From Candidatus Omnitrophota bacterium (GTDB lineage Bacteria > Omnitrophota > Gorgyraeia > B26-G9), in contig JAHITE010000007.1 in assembly GCA_018817585.1 (NCBI GenBank), forward strand, positions 25,251 to 89,250: a stretch of 64,000 nucleotides of DNA. Reading direction: 5' to 3'. The notes under the pieces are model-generated. The model had not been told where the DNA came from, did no database searches, and saw only the letters and a list, made by a program, of their open reading frames with translations. Position 1 is the stretch's first letter. Each line of letters starts with the position of its first letter. Positions 41,901 to 51,099 of this stretch are shown one piece after another. The translations under genes were made by a program, and so were the position numbers.

Positions 41901-42073
41901 AGCTAATAACTTATGGCTCATAGCTAATAGCTCATGGAAAAAGCAGAGAACAGAAAACAGAAAAAAGCAGCGAATCGGGATTAGGACTTAGGAATTAGGA
42001 ATTGCAATTGTCCTGTGACCTTGTGACCGAAAGTTTTTAACTATTGACCATTAGCTATTGACTATCAACTATT
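41901..42073. repeat. Mosaic of short heptamer/octamer tandem repeats
   Basis: agctaat-type x5, cagaaaa x3, ggaatta x4, tgtgacc x2, agctatt-type x5. Confidence 0.8.
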
Positions 42074-42089
42074 AATGAAAGGGTTTATT

Positions 42090-42560
42090 ATGGGTGACAT
42101 ATTTTTGACCAGAGAAGGTTATGAAGAAATTAAAAAAGAGCATGAGTTATTAGTTCAAAAGAAAAGACATGAAATTTCCCGGGCAATCGGTGTGGCGCGG
42201 GAGTTGGGAGATTTAAAAGAAAATGCTGAATATCATTCAGCTAAGGACGCGCAGGGGTTGAACGAAGCTCGGATCAGAGATCTTGAAAATACTCTTAGCC
42301 GGGCAAGAATCCTTGATAATGAGAATATCGACAAAGATAAAGTTTTACTCGGGGCAAAGGTTAAAATCAGGGTAGTTAATGATAATGAAATAGAAGAATA
42401 TACCCTTGTATCAGAAGCCGAAGCGGATTTTAGCAAAAATAAGATTTCCGCTGCCTCCCCATTAGGTCAAGGCATGCTCGGGCATAAAGTGGGCGAAACA
42501 TTACAAATAAAAATCCCCGCAGGATTTATGGTGATCGAGATTTTGGAAATAAGCCGCTAA
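42090..42560 (+). CDS. greA: Transcription elongation factor GreA
   Basis: LTREG, GDLKENAEY, IS..SPLG. Confidence 0.96.
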   Translation: MGDIFLTREGYEEIKKEHELLVQKKRHEISRAIGVARELGDLKENAEYHSAKDAQGLNEARIRDLENTLSRARILDNENIDKDKVLLGAKVKIRVVNDNEIEEYTLVSEAEADFSKNKISAASPLGQGMLGHKVGETLQIKIPAGFMVIEILEISR

Positions 42561-42575
42561 ATAGGTTTTAATTTT

Positions 42576-43562
42576 ATGCAGAAAAAAGTTCGCGCGCTGG
42601 GTTTATTATCCGGAGGATTAGATAGTATTCTTGCGGTAAAAGTATTAGAGTCTCAAGGAATTGAGGTAACTGGTTTATCTTTCGTTACTCCATTTTTTGG
42701 AGCCAGCCTTGCCCAAAAAGCCGCGGAGGACCTTAAGATCAAGCTGATTATTCAGGATATTACAGCTGCCCATTTTAAGATGCTGAAAAATCCAGAGCAT
42801 GGATATGGTAAGACGATGAATCCTTGTATTGATTGCCATGCCTTGATGCTGAATATAGCAGGCCAGTTAATGCGGGAAAAAGGCTATAATTTTATCTTTA
42901 CCGGAGAAGTCCTGGATGAGCGGCCAATGTCGCAAAACCGGCGCTCTTTAGAAATAGTTGCCCGCGCATCAGGTTATGCTGAATATATTCTTCGGCCGCT
43001 GAGCGCTAAGTTACTTGATCCGACAAAACCGGAAATCAGCGGAATTGTTGACCGGGAAAAACTAGAGAATATCCGCGGCCGATCACGCAAACCCCAAATG
43101 GCCTTAGCCGCGCGATTTAAGGTTATTGAATATCCTAATCCCGCTGGCGGATGTTTGCTTACAGATAAAGGGTTTTCAAACAGACTAAGAGAATTGCTGG
43201 CAAAAAATAGCAATCCGGAAATAAGGGATTTGCAATTATTAAGCGTGGGTAGGCATTTTCGTTTAGGCGATGCTTATAAACTAATATTAGGCCGAGATCA
43301 GGTCGAGAATCAAAAAATAGAAAGTTATTTCACTCCAGATGACTATTTGCTGACTGTTAAAGGTATCCCCAGTCCATATTGTTTGCTTTTAGCCCAGCCG
43401 GGAGCAGGGATGTTGCTGGGCAAAGCAGCGCATATCTGTGCTGCTTATGGGGACACAGTTGATCGGCAGCAATGCATTGTTATTATAGAGCATAAAAATC
43501 AAAAAAGTGAAATTGAGGTTATTGTAAATAAAAATGATCGGACAGAGTTTAGGATTAATTAG
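42576..43562 (+). CDS. ThiI/MnmA-like PP-loop tRNA thiolation protein (DUF814-associated type)
   Basis: SGGLDS, NPCIDC, TGEV...RPMSQ, RPLSAK, PAGGCLLT, GRHFR. Confidence 0.8.
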   Translation: MQKKVRALGLLSGGLDSILAVKVLESQGIEVTGLSFVTPFFGASLAQKAAEDLKIKLIIQDITAAHFKMLKNPEHGYGKTMNPCIDCHALMLNIAGQLMREKGYNFIFTGEVLDERPMSQNRRSLEIVARASGYAEYILRPLSAKLLDPTKPEISGIVDREKLENIRGRSRKPQMALAARFKVIEYPNPAGGCLLTDKGFSNRLRELLAKNSNPEIRDLQLLSVGRHFRLGDAYKLILGRDQVENQKIESYFTPDDYLLTVKGIPSPYCLLLAQPGAGMLLGKAAHICAAYGDTVDRQQCIVIIEHKNQKSEIEVIVNKNDRTEFRIN

Positions 43563-43577
43563 AAAATTCAGGAAATA

Positions 43578-43616
43578 AAAAAGCGGAAAAACTTATTTAT
43601 CGTTTTTCCGCTTTTT
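43578..43616. terminator. Bidirectional terminator between convergent genes
   Basis: aaaaagcggaaaaac / gtttttccgcttttt. Confidence 0.8.
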
Positions 43617-43626
43617 CTATTAGTGT

Positions 43627-43956
43627 TTATTCTTTTGATTTGTAAGTTGGCGCATGCAGTTCGGGAAAAGAATTTAAATCTTCGCTGCTTCCCCATTGAG
43701 AAACTTTATCATTTAAAAAGAATATTTGATAAGTCTCCTTTGTTTTTGGATCAGTTATTTCCCAAAGATCCAGTACATTTCCGTCGGCATTAACCTTTGA
43801 TCCTTTAGCAACAAAATTATTGCCAATCAGAGTCCTCACCTCGTCTTTGTGCATGCTGATCGAAAGCCGATTAATCTTTTGTCCGATTCCCGCGCAGCCT
43901 ACAAGGCTTACTGCTAAAGTTATGATAACAATAAGTGAGAAAAATTTGTGATGCAT
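43627..43956 (-). CDS. Lipoprotein, SmpA/OmlA- or DUF3192-like
   Basis: Lipobox LVGC, INRLSISMHKDEVRTLIG, IFFLNDKVSQWG. Confidence 0.7.
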   Translation of the reverse strand: MHHKFFSLIVIITLAVSLVGCAGIGQKINRLSISMHKDEVRTLIGNNFVAKGSKVNADGNVLDLWEITDPKTKETYQIFFLNDKVSQWGSSEDLNSFPELHAPTYKSKE

Positions 43957-44373
43957 TATAAAACTCCTTTCTTTGAATTAAATTTTACTAGATAAATGAT
44001 CAATTAAATTACAATACATAGATAGCAATAATCATACCATAATTCTAAATTTAACTTAATAAACCAGTTATCGTATCTGCGTATATTTAAACGAGTTAAC
44101 TGAATACTAAAAAGTAACTATAAAACTAAAAAAAAATAACACAGGAAATTGAGAAAATTCTTTCTAAATATGAAAATTTCTTCTAGTTTATTTTATATAT
44201 TACTAAATTTGTTTTTTTTGGCAAGTAGAAAATTAAAATTTTGTAAAAGCAAAAATAAGGTTTAAACCCGATTAATCAACAAAGCTTGAATTGACTTATC
44301 CGATGACAAAGGTTAAACTAAGGGCATGTAAATATATGGGCTAAAGGCTGGAAATGACAAAAAAGGATCAGTA

Positions 44374-45259
44374 ATGAAAAGAAAATTAAAAAAGTATGAG
44401 ATTGGCGAAAAAAAGATCGATACTTTAATCAATAAACTTGCTAAGCAGTCCAGTTCTTTGGAAACAGAATATCTGCAGCAGCAGTTTTAACCACAGTAGC
44501 CAAATTTGGTCAGGAGTCAAATGATCTGGCTGATTTAAAGATGGTTAACAATACGCTTAAAGAATTGCGCTATTCTTTTAAAATATTCGCGCCGTATCGA
44601 AGTGTTAAGAAAGTAATAATATTTGGCTCAGCAAGATCAAAAAAAAGCTCAGCAGAATACAAACTGGCAGAACAGTTTGCTAAAAAAATTACAGCCAAAG
44701 GATATATGGTCGTAACTGGCGGCGGGCCAGGAGTCATGGAAGCTGGCAATAAGGGTGCTGAATCAGGAAAAGAATTTGCTTTAAATATTAGACTCCCCTT
44801 TGAACAATCAGCAAACCCCTATATTGACGAAAAAGATAAAATAATTAATTTTAAATACTTTTTTACCCGAAAACTGATGTTTGTCAAAGAAACAGACGCG
44901 ACTGTACTTTTTCCCGGAGGATTCGGCACCCATGATGAGGGTTTTGAAATGCTGACCTTGGTTCAGACCGGCAAAGCCAAACCGCGCCCGATAATTTTTA
45001 TAAAGTATATCATTCTATCCGTTATATTGGACAGGATACAATATTGCGCTTAAATAAAGAAATTTCGGACAAAAAGTTAAAATCGTTGAATAAAAATTTT
45101 AAAGACATATTAAAACAAGGAGTAATTCAAAGAGCGGGACCCGCTGAAATTGAACTTGCGGCTAAAGAGTATATTGATTTGCCGCGCTTGAGTATGCGCT
45201 TTAACATGCATGATTTTTCAAGATTAAGTCAATTAATTAATGCGATTAATAAGGACTGA
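44374..45259 (+). pseudogene. TIGR00730/LOG-family protein broken by a frameshift and an internal deletion
   Basis: Three frames: 44374-44490, ~44484-45053 (FGSAR, TGGGPGVMEA, PGGFGTHDE), ~44990-45259; promoter TTGACT-N17-TAAACT upstream. Confidence 0.8.
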
Positions 45260-45327
45260 TTTTGAACCTATTTTTTAATATTAAAGCATAATTAAACTTA
45301 TACAGAGAATACAAAGGAGCCTTAGCA

Positions 45328-46356
45328 TTGGAAAACCAGAAAATAAAAAAAATACTGATCTTCGGGCACAGCAATCTTGGCGATATTTGCTATGATATGG
45401 TCGTGGTTAGCCCCTTAAAAAAAGCTTTTCCCAAGGCCTTGATTAGTTTGATTACTTCTCCCAAAGGCGCTGATATCGGAAACTCGATCAAGGGTGTTGA
45501 TCAGGTGATTATCTTTGATAAGCATGGCAAGGATAAGGGTTTGCTTGGCTATTTGCGGTTCATTGCCATGGTTCGGGCTCATAAATTTGATTTAGCGATT
45601 ATTTTGCGCGATATGCAGATGCATTATTTTCTTGGTATCCGAAAAATATTAAAGTACAGAAAGAGCGCGATTGCTATAAAAGACGCGCATGTGGCGGAAA
45701 AATATCTGATGTTTTTGGAAAAACAGGGAATAAAAGTTGGCCCGGCTGAGTTTGAATTTAAATTCGCGGAGCATGCTTCGCGGTATGCGGCAAATTTATT
45801 TAAAGACAATAGTGTGGATACAAAAGCATTAAAGGTGGGAATAATGCCTTTGGCTGCCTGGCCGCTTAAATGCTGGCCAATTGAAAATTGGAATAAGATA
45901 ATTGAAAAATTAAATACCGAGTTTAACGCGAAAGTTTTCTTATTTGGCAAAACCGGGGACAGTGAATGGGATAAGCAGGTTGTTCCGAATATTTCTAAGC
46001 AAGCAATCTTAACTATTGATCAAAGCACTGTATCGCAGACAATGCCTTTGATAAAAGCTCTGGATATTTTTATTGGTTTGGACAGCAGTTTTCTCCATTT
46101 TGCCAGCTGCATGGGCATTGAAACCATTGGATTGTACGGGGCAACTGATCCGAATTTTATTTATCCTTTATTTCATAAACAGAACATTATTTTTTCAAAC
46201 GCGGGTTTGAAATGCATGCCCTGTTATCCCGGGCTGCGTGGAGGAATCTGTAATGCCCATGAGCCGGCTGAATGCATGAACGCGATATCAGTAGAGCATG
46301 TATGGCAAAAGATAACTAATATCTTAAATCAGCAGAAAAAACAAACCGCATTCTAA
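45328..46356 (+). CDS. Glycosyltransferase family 9 (heptosyltransferase-like)
   Basis: LGD, K.WP...W, DSS..H.A, LYGAT, C.PC...C. Confidence 0.9.
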   Translation: MENQKIKKILIFGHSNLGDICYDMVVVSPLKKAFPKALISLITSPKGADIGNSIKGVDQVIIFDKHGKDKGLLGYLRFIAMVRAHKFDLAIILRDMQMHYFLGIRKILKYRKSAIAIKDAHVAEKYLMFLEKQGIKVGPAEFEFKFAEHASRYAANLFKDNSVDTKALKVGIMPLAAWPLKCWPIENWNKIIEKLNTEFNAKVFLFGKTGDSEWDKQVVPNISKQAILTIDQSTVSQTMPLIKALDIFIGLDSSFLHFASCMGIETIGLYGATDPNFIYPLFHKQNIIFSNAGLKCMPCYPGLRGGICNAHEPAECMNAISVEHVWQKITNILNQQKKQTAF

Positions 46357-46372
46357 TTAAGGATCGAATCCA

Positions 46373-47191
46373 ATGCTGCTTATTGCTAAAGCAATGCTGA
46401 TTTTTATTACCGCTATTTTATTTTTATTTTTCTATGCTCGCTATTTAGAAAATAAAAGTTTGTATTATCCTGTTTTGCAGATGGAAAACACACCGGCAGC
46501 GATTGGGCTGGAATACCAGGATCTATTTTTCAATACGCAGGATCAAGTAAGGCTCAATGCCTGGTTTATTAAAGCGAAAAATTCTAAAGCAACTCTGATT
46601 TTCGCCCATGGCAATGGCGGTAATATCAGTCATCGCCTGGAAAAAATTGCTTTTTTAAATCAGCTTGGCTTGAATATTTTCATGTTTGATTATCGGGGAT
46701 ATGGTAAAAGCCAGGGAGTTCCCAGTGAAAGGGGGCTTTATCTTGATATTCGGGCAGCGTATGAATTTATTAAAAACCAAAAAATAGCAGGTCCGCTGGT
46801 TATATATGGAGAATCATTAGGCGGCGCGATCGCCATTGATCTTGCAGGGCAAAGCGATATTGTTATAGATGGTTTGATTTTAGAAGGCACATTTACCAAT
46901 GTCCAGGATATGGCCAGAACAATCTATCCTTTTTTGCCAGCGGTTTTTCTGAAAACTAAATTTGCTTCGATTGATAAAATTTCCAAAGTGAAAGTTCCCA
47001 AACTGCATTTGCATTCTCAGGATGATGATATTGTGCCGTTTGCTTTAGGCAGGAAATTGTTTAACGCGGGAAATAATCCGAAAAAATTCATTGCTTTAGA
47101 CGGTGGACACAATGACTGTTTTTTTATTTCCCAGAATTTAGTGGCAAGCAGTATAGAAGAGTTTATTGATTCTGTTTGTTCTGGATTATAA
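46373..47191 (+). CDS. Alpha/beta hydrolase with N-terminal membrane anchor
   Basis: HGNGGN, DYRGYG.S.G.PSE.GL, GESLGG, D.IVP, GGHN. Confidence 0.92.
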   Translation: MLLIAKAMLIFITAILFLFFYARYLENKSLYYPVLQMENTPAAIGLEYQDLFFNTQDQVRLNAWFIKAKNSKATLIFAHGNGGNISHRLEKIAFLNQLGLNIFMFDYRGYGKSQGVPSERGLYLDIRAAYEFIKNQKIAGPLVIYGESLGGAIAIDLAGQSDIVIDGLILEGTFTNVQDMARTIYPFLPAVFLKTKFASIDKISKVKVPKLHLHSQDDDIVPFALGRKLFNAGNNPKKFIALDGGHNDCFFISQNLVASSIEEFIDSVCSGL

Positions 47192-48476
47192 GATACCCGC
47201 GGATTGACTCCAGCTTTTTCTTGCCAATACCGTTTACTTTTATCAGATCATCAATACTTTGGTAAGGCCGTCCGGCAATGATCTTATCTGCCAGAACTTT
47301 TCCAATTCCGCTTATTGCCATAAGTTCTTTTTTAGTGCCGATATTTAAATCAACAAGCCCTTGGGTTTGGATTGCTTGATTGTTTACGGAAAGATCATCC
47401 GCTAACAGCGGTTTATTTGCTTTTTTGAAACTAAATGGTTCAGCTGAAAATAAGGCAAAAATCGGCAGATGGTCAGAATATCCTGATCCGAGATGCATGC
47501 CGGCCCCGTTTTTTGCTTTCTGCCATCTGAATACTTCTCCATGTTTAAATAAATAAGCAGGAGTAAACCGGCTGAAAGAATTATCAATATAGGCGATTCC
47601 TTTATTGTCATAAAGCCCTTGATTTAAGATTATTGAATCAGGGCTGTCTTTGGATCCGGTGGAATCATATGACCATCTTTGCGCTGCCGGTATTTCCAGC
47701 CAGAGATTATAAAGCAGCGGATTGCTTTGCTCTTGGGATAATAATTGTTCAGTGACCATTTTTGAATCAGCTGTGGTTTTAAGAATATGATTGATTCCGG
47801 TTAGACCGTCGCGGTTGTTTAAGCGCTTTATTTTCTTAATACTCTGGTATTCATTGTAGTTTGAATTAAAATCCCCTAAGATTATAAAGTCAGTATCCGC
47901 GGGTAGATGCTCAATATCTTTGCGCAGAGCCTGAGCTGATTCAATTCTCAGACTCTCAGGTCCGCTTTTTGATTTCCAGTGATTGATGTATAAGATTAGC
48001 GGGTTGTTTTCCAAGTCAATTAGCACTTTTAAAATATTTCTAGTTTTACTGTCTGGAATAAGGATTTCCTGAGTTTTTATTATCGGGTATTTGGACAGCA
48101 CAGCGCATTTTACAGTTGTATTTTTAACTTTCGCGATCGCGGAATATTTATATTCTAAATTCTTTTCCCGCAGCCTTGTCTGTAGTGATTGCAGGGCGCT
48201 TTCAGATTCAATTTCCTGTAAAGCAATAATATCAGCGTTTAAGTCTTTAAGCACAGCGGAAATATTATTCAGTTTTAAGTTAAAATTTTTTTCATTCCAG
48301 CAGAATATATTATTCGGAACATATTCAATGTATTCATTACCGGACTTTTCCAGATCAAACAGATTTTCAATATTATAAGTAGCGATTTTAAAAGTTTTGG
48401 CCTGGACTAAAGACAGAGGATTGATAAATAAAGATAATCCGATAAAAAATATTAATTTATTCTTTAACTTAAACAT
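47163..48476 (-). CDS. Secreted endonuclease/exonuclease/phosphatase with C-terminal HhH (ComEA-like) domain
   Basis: Signal peptide, TYNIENLFD, LQEIE, NHWKS, GDFN, SDHLP, ISGIG...VNGIG. Confidence 0.9.
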   Translation of the reverse strand: MFKLKNKLIFFIGLSLFINPLSLVQAKTFKIATYNIENLFDLEKSGNEYIEYVPNNIFCWNEKNFNLKLNNISAVLKDLNADIIALQEIESESALQSLQTRLREKNLEYKYSAIAKVKNTTVKCAVLSKYPIIKTQEILIPDSKTRNILKVLIDLENNPLILYINHWKSKSGPESLRIESAQALRKDIEHLPADTDFIILGDFNSNYNEYQSIKKIKRLNNRDGLTGINHILKTTADSKMVTEQLLSQEQSNPLLYNLWLEIPAAQRWSYDSTGSKDSPDSIILNQGLYDNKGIAYIDNSFSRFTPAYLFKHGEVFRWQKAKNGAGMHLGSGYSDHLPIFALFSAEPFSFKKANKPLLADDLSVNNQAIQTQGLVDLNIGTKKELMAISGIGKVLADKIIAGRPYQSIDDLIKVNGIGKKKLESIRGYLIIQNKQNQ

Positions 48477-48584
48477 AAATATTATTAAATTAATAATTAG
48501 AAATTAGATGTATAATTCAAGAGTCAAGTTTACATAAAAAGTTAGGGTTAAACCTTACACATCTCCCAAATAATACAAATTTAA

Positions 48585-49076
48585 TCAGCATATTCTTAAT
48601 TGCCTTAAAGCTTCTTTTGCCGCGTCTTTAATGTTTATGATTTCATCAGGATCAGCAATTAATTTAGTTAATGCGCCGATAGCTGATTTGTCTCCGATTT
48701 TAGCAAGATTAAAGGCAATTAACCAGCGGACATGTTGGGATTCATCGTTTAATGCCGCGCATAAATCGGCAACTGCCGATCTATCCTTGATTGTGCCTAA
48801 GGCGCTGGCAGCCGCGCCGCGCACGCTTTCATCAGTGTCTTTTAAAGCCTGAATCAAAGCCGGAACACTGCTTTGATCAGATAACCCTTTTTGAAAGCAC
48901 TGAGCTGCAGCTTGGCGGACTAGAGCGGAGCCATCTTTTAAGAGCATTTCAGTAAGTTTGGGGATAACTGATTTGTCACCTAAATAAGCTAAGTTTTTTA
49001 TTGCCCGTTTGCGGGTAACAGGATGAAAGTCTTCTAAATTAGCTAATAATTTTGAAAGTGGATTGTCAGCAGCCAT
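48585..49076 (-). CDS. HEAT/PBS-lyase repeat protein
   Basis: Repeats of L..L.D....VR..AA.ALG.I. Confidence 0.88.
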   Translation of the reverse strand: MAADNPLSKLLANLEDFHPVTRKRAIKNLAYLGDKSVIPKLTEMLLKDGSALVRQAAAQCFQKGLSDQSSVPALIQALKDTDESVRGAAASALGTIKDRSAVADLCAALNDESQHVRWLIAFNLAKIGDKSAIGALTKLIADPDEIINIKDAAKEALRQLRIC

Positions 49077-49081
49077 GGAGC

Positions 49082-49624
49082 TTATTGCCTTATTTGTTTT
49101 GCCGGAGGAGCTGGCGGCGGAATATATACTGGTTGTTGTCTGAGTGTTTGCAATAGCTGCTGAGTCTGTATTTGCATCTGCGTGTTTTGGTAAAACTGAT
49201 AAGTGCGGATAATATCCATGGTTCTTCTGTTTTCTTCGGCTTTGGTCGCCGCGTTTTGCAAAGACTCCTGGTTTTCCAGTAAAGTTATTTCCTCATCGTC
49301 AAATACTCCGAGATTAAGCAGTTCCTGGAAAATTTTATCCGGATTATCTTCAGTGCATAAATATAATTCTGAGTCAACAAAAATCAAGACCCATTCTTCT
49401 GGTTTGCCGGAAAGAGAATGGCCTTTTTTAAAACTATATTTCCATAATTCTACAGGATAATTTTTTGGCGTAGAGCCAGCCTGGATTTTTTCCAAAGGAT
49501 TTCCCCAAAGTTCGATTACGGCTTTGGGCGTAAGACTATTTTTAAGCATAGGGATTCTGGCTGTAGTTTTGCAGCCGCCAAGGAACAAAGCACTGATCAT
49601 AAAGATAAGAAGTAATTTTTTCAT
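49082..49624 (-). CDS. Lipoprotein of unknown function
   Basis: MKKLLLIFMISALFLGGC lipobox; ATG at 49624 lies 8 nt after a -10 box. Confidence 0.75.
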   Translation of the reverse strand: MKKLLLIFMISALFLGGCKTTARIPMLKNSLTPKAVIELWGNPLEKIQAGSTPKNYPVELWKYSFKKGHSLSGKPEEWVLIFVDSELYLCTEDNPDKIFQELLNLGVFDDEEITLLENQESLQNAATKAEENRRTMDIIRTYQFYQNTQMQIQTQQLLQTLRQQPVYIPPPAPPAKQIRQ

Positions 49625-49745
49625 ATATACTGAATCTAGCATAAAAAAATGCAATTGTCAAAAAAAGCAAAAACATATTACACAATTGCGCGGTATCTGC
49701 TTCAGGTTTGCAGGCGAAGCAGTGAAAAATAGAGTCGCGAAAGGT

Positions 49746-50627
49746 TTATAATGTATTTAGCTTCTGAAGGTTTTCACTATTCTCGTTATCGGGTACAGGC
49801 CATGCGCCGTTTGCTGAGATTATAGCCTGTCCTGCTTCGCTGCACTCAAACTTCAGGAAATCTTTAACTGCCGGGGTCAGCTTATCAATAGGTATATATT
49901 GATACATTTTTCTTTTTAAAGGATAAATCCCGTTGCTGATAACCGTCTGATCAAAAGGGTTAAGCGGCGTATACCCGGTTTTTAATGCTAAATCAAGGGT
50001 AGCAATCGCGGGATATTTTGCGTAGGCTAATCCGACAAATCCGATTGCCGCGGCATTAGTTTTAATTATTTCTGTTTCAGCAGCGTCAGTTATCTGCTGC
50101 ATTGATTTGTCGTATGCGTCAATTTTTAGCTTTTGTTGGAAAAATAAGGCTTGGGCGGAACTTAATTCTCTTCCCAAAAGAACAATCAAAGAGTCATTGC
50201 CGCCAACTTGCTTCCAGTTTTTTATTTCTCCAGAGTAAATTTGCCGGACTTGTTCCAGGGTAAGGGCTTTTACCGGATTTGCTTTATTAACAATAACGCA
50301 GACATTATCATGCGCCAGGATTAATTCAATAAATTTGCGTTTGCTTTCCATAAGAGCCAGGATATCTTTGTTCTGTATCCGGCTGGAAGCATTGGCAATT
50401 GTTATTGTGCCATTTTGTAATTGGATAACTCCATCGGCTGTATTGCCGCCCTTAACGTCAATATTTATTCCAGGATGCTTTAGAGTATAATTAGATGCTA
50501 AAATATCAACAAGCTGAAGCATAGGTTCTGAACCCGATATTTTAATTTCCTCAGCATGAGTATTTTTAGAACTTAAGCTTAGAAACAAGACAATTACTAA
50601 AAGACATAGAAAATAGTTATTTTTCAT
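49746..50627 (-). CDS. PstS-like phosphate-binding periplasmic protein
   Basis: ISGS, GGNTADG, IANASS, NKANPV..LT, NWKQVGG, YPLKR; AGGAGG RBS. Confidence 0.8.
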   Translation of the reverse strand: MKNNYFLCLLVIVLFLSLSSKNTHAEEIKISGSEPMLQLVDILASNYTLKHPGINIDVKGGNTADGVIQLQNGTITIANASSRIQNKDILALMESKRKFIELILAHDNVCVIVNKANPVKALTLEQVRQIYSGEIKNWKQVGGNDSLIVLLGRELSSAQALFFQQKLKIDAYDKSMQQITDAAETEIIKTNAAAIGFVGLAYAKYPAIATLDLALKTGYTPLNPFDQTVISNGIYPLKRKMYQYIPIDKLTPAVKDFLKFECSEAGQAIISANGAWPVPDNENSENLQKLNTL

Positions 50628-50808
50628 TTTAAATTCCTCCTATGCTTTATTATTAGCATAAAAAAAAATAATTGTCAAAGAATACAGTTTATTTTTCAAG
50701 ACCAAAGCAATATATATCACAGCAGGTTGGTTTATAAATATCAGAAATTCTCGCCCAGCCCAGTAAAATATAGTGGCAGGCTTTTAAATAATGTGGTATA
50801 TTTTAAAT

Positions 50809-50902
50809 AGAGGATAGGCGAGTAGTAAAGTACGTTTAATGTTTGGATCTTGAATAAGTTCGGAAATTTAACTGTAACAACCTCGTCTATCCTCGTTTTT
50901 TT
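50809..50902 (+). ncRNA. Candidate small RNA
   Basis: TGGCAG-N17-TATATT promoter; 5' end gaggataggcgag pairs with 3' ctcgtctatcctc; T7 run follows. Confidence 0.5.
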
Positions 50903-51011
50903 ATGCCCAAATCGTCCTTGCGTCAATGTTTTCGCGTTAGCGCGTGCGCGAGTTAGAAACAAAATACCTTTCAACGCGTGAACCCGTGAACTTTTTCCTG
51001 CTTTTTCCCCA

Positions 51012-51040
51012 TTGCTACACTGCCTGCTTTGTGCTAGTAT
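51012..51040 (+). promoter_or_regulatory. Putative uvrA promoter
   Basis: TTGCTA-N17-TAGTAT with TG extension. Confidence 0.5.
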
Positions 51041-51099
51041 ATTATTTAAGTTAACAATTAGGAAACCATCCTTTTATCTGCTTTATTTGAGTGTGAACT

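Noticed and set aside
41901-42073. Possible CRISPR array
   Set aside because: Units are 7-8 bp with no spacers, and there are no cas genes
50628-50700. Pho box upstream of the PstS-like gene
   Set aside because: No 11-bp-spaced direct repeats seen; only an ordinary TTGACA promoter
50741-50974. 77-aa minus-strand ORF
   Set aside because: No RBS or recognisable motif; overlaps the sRNA candidate
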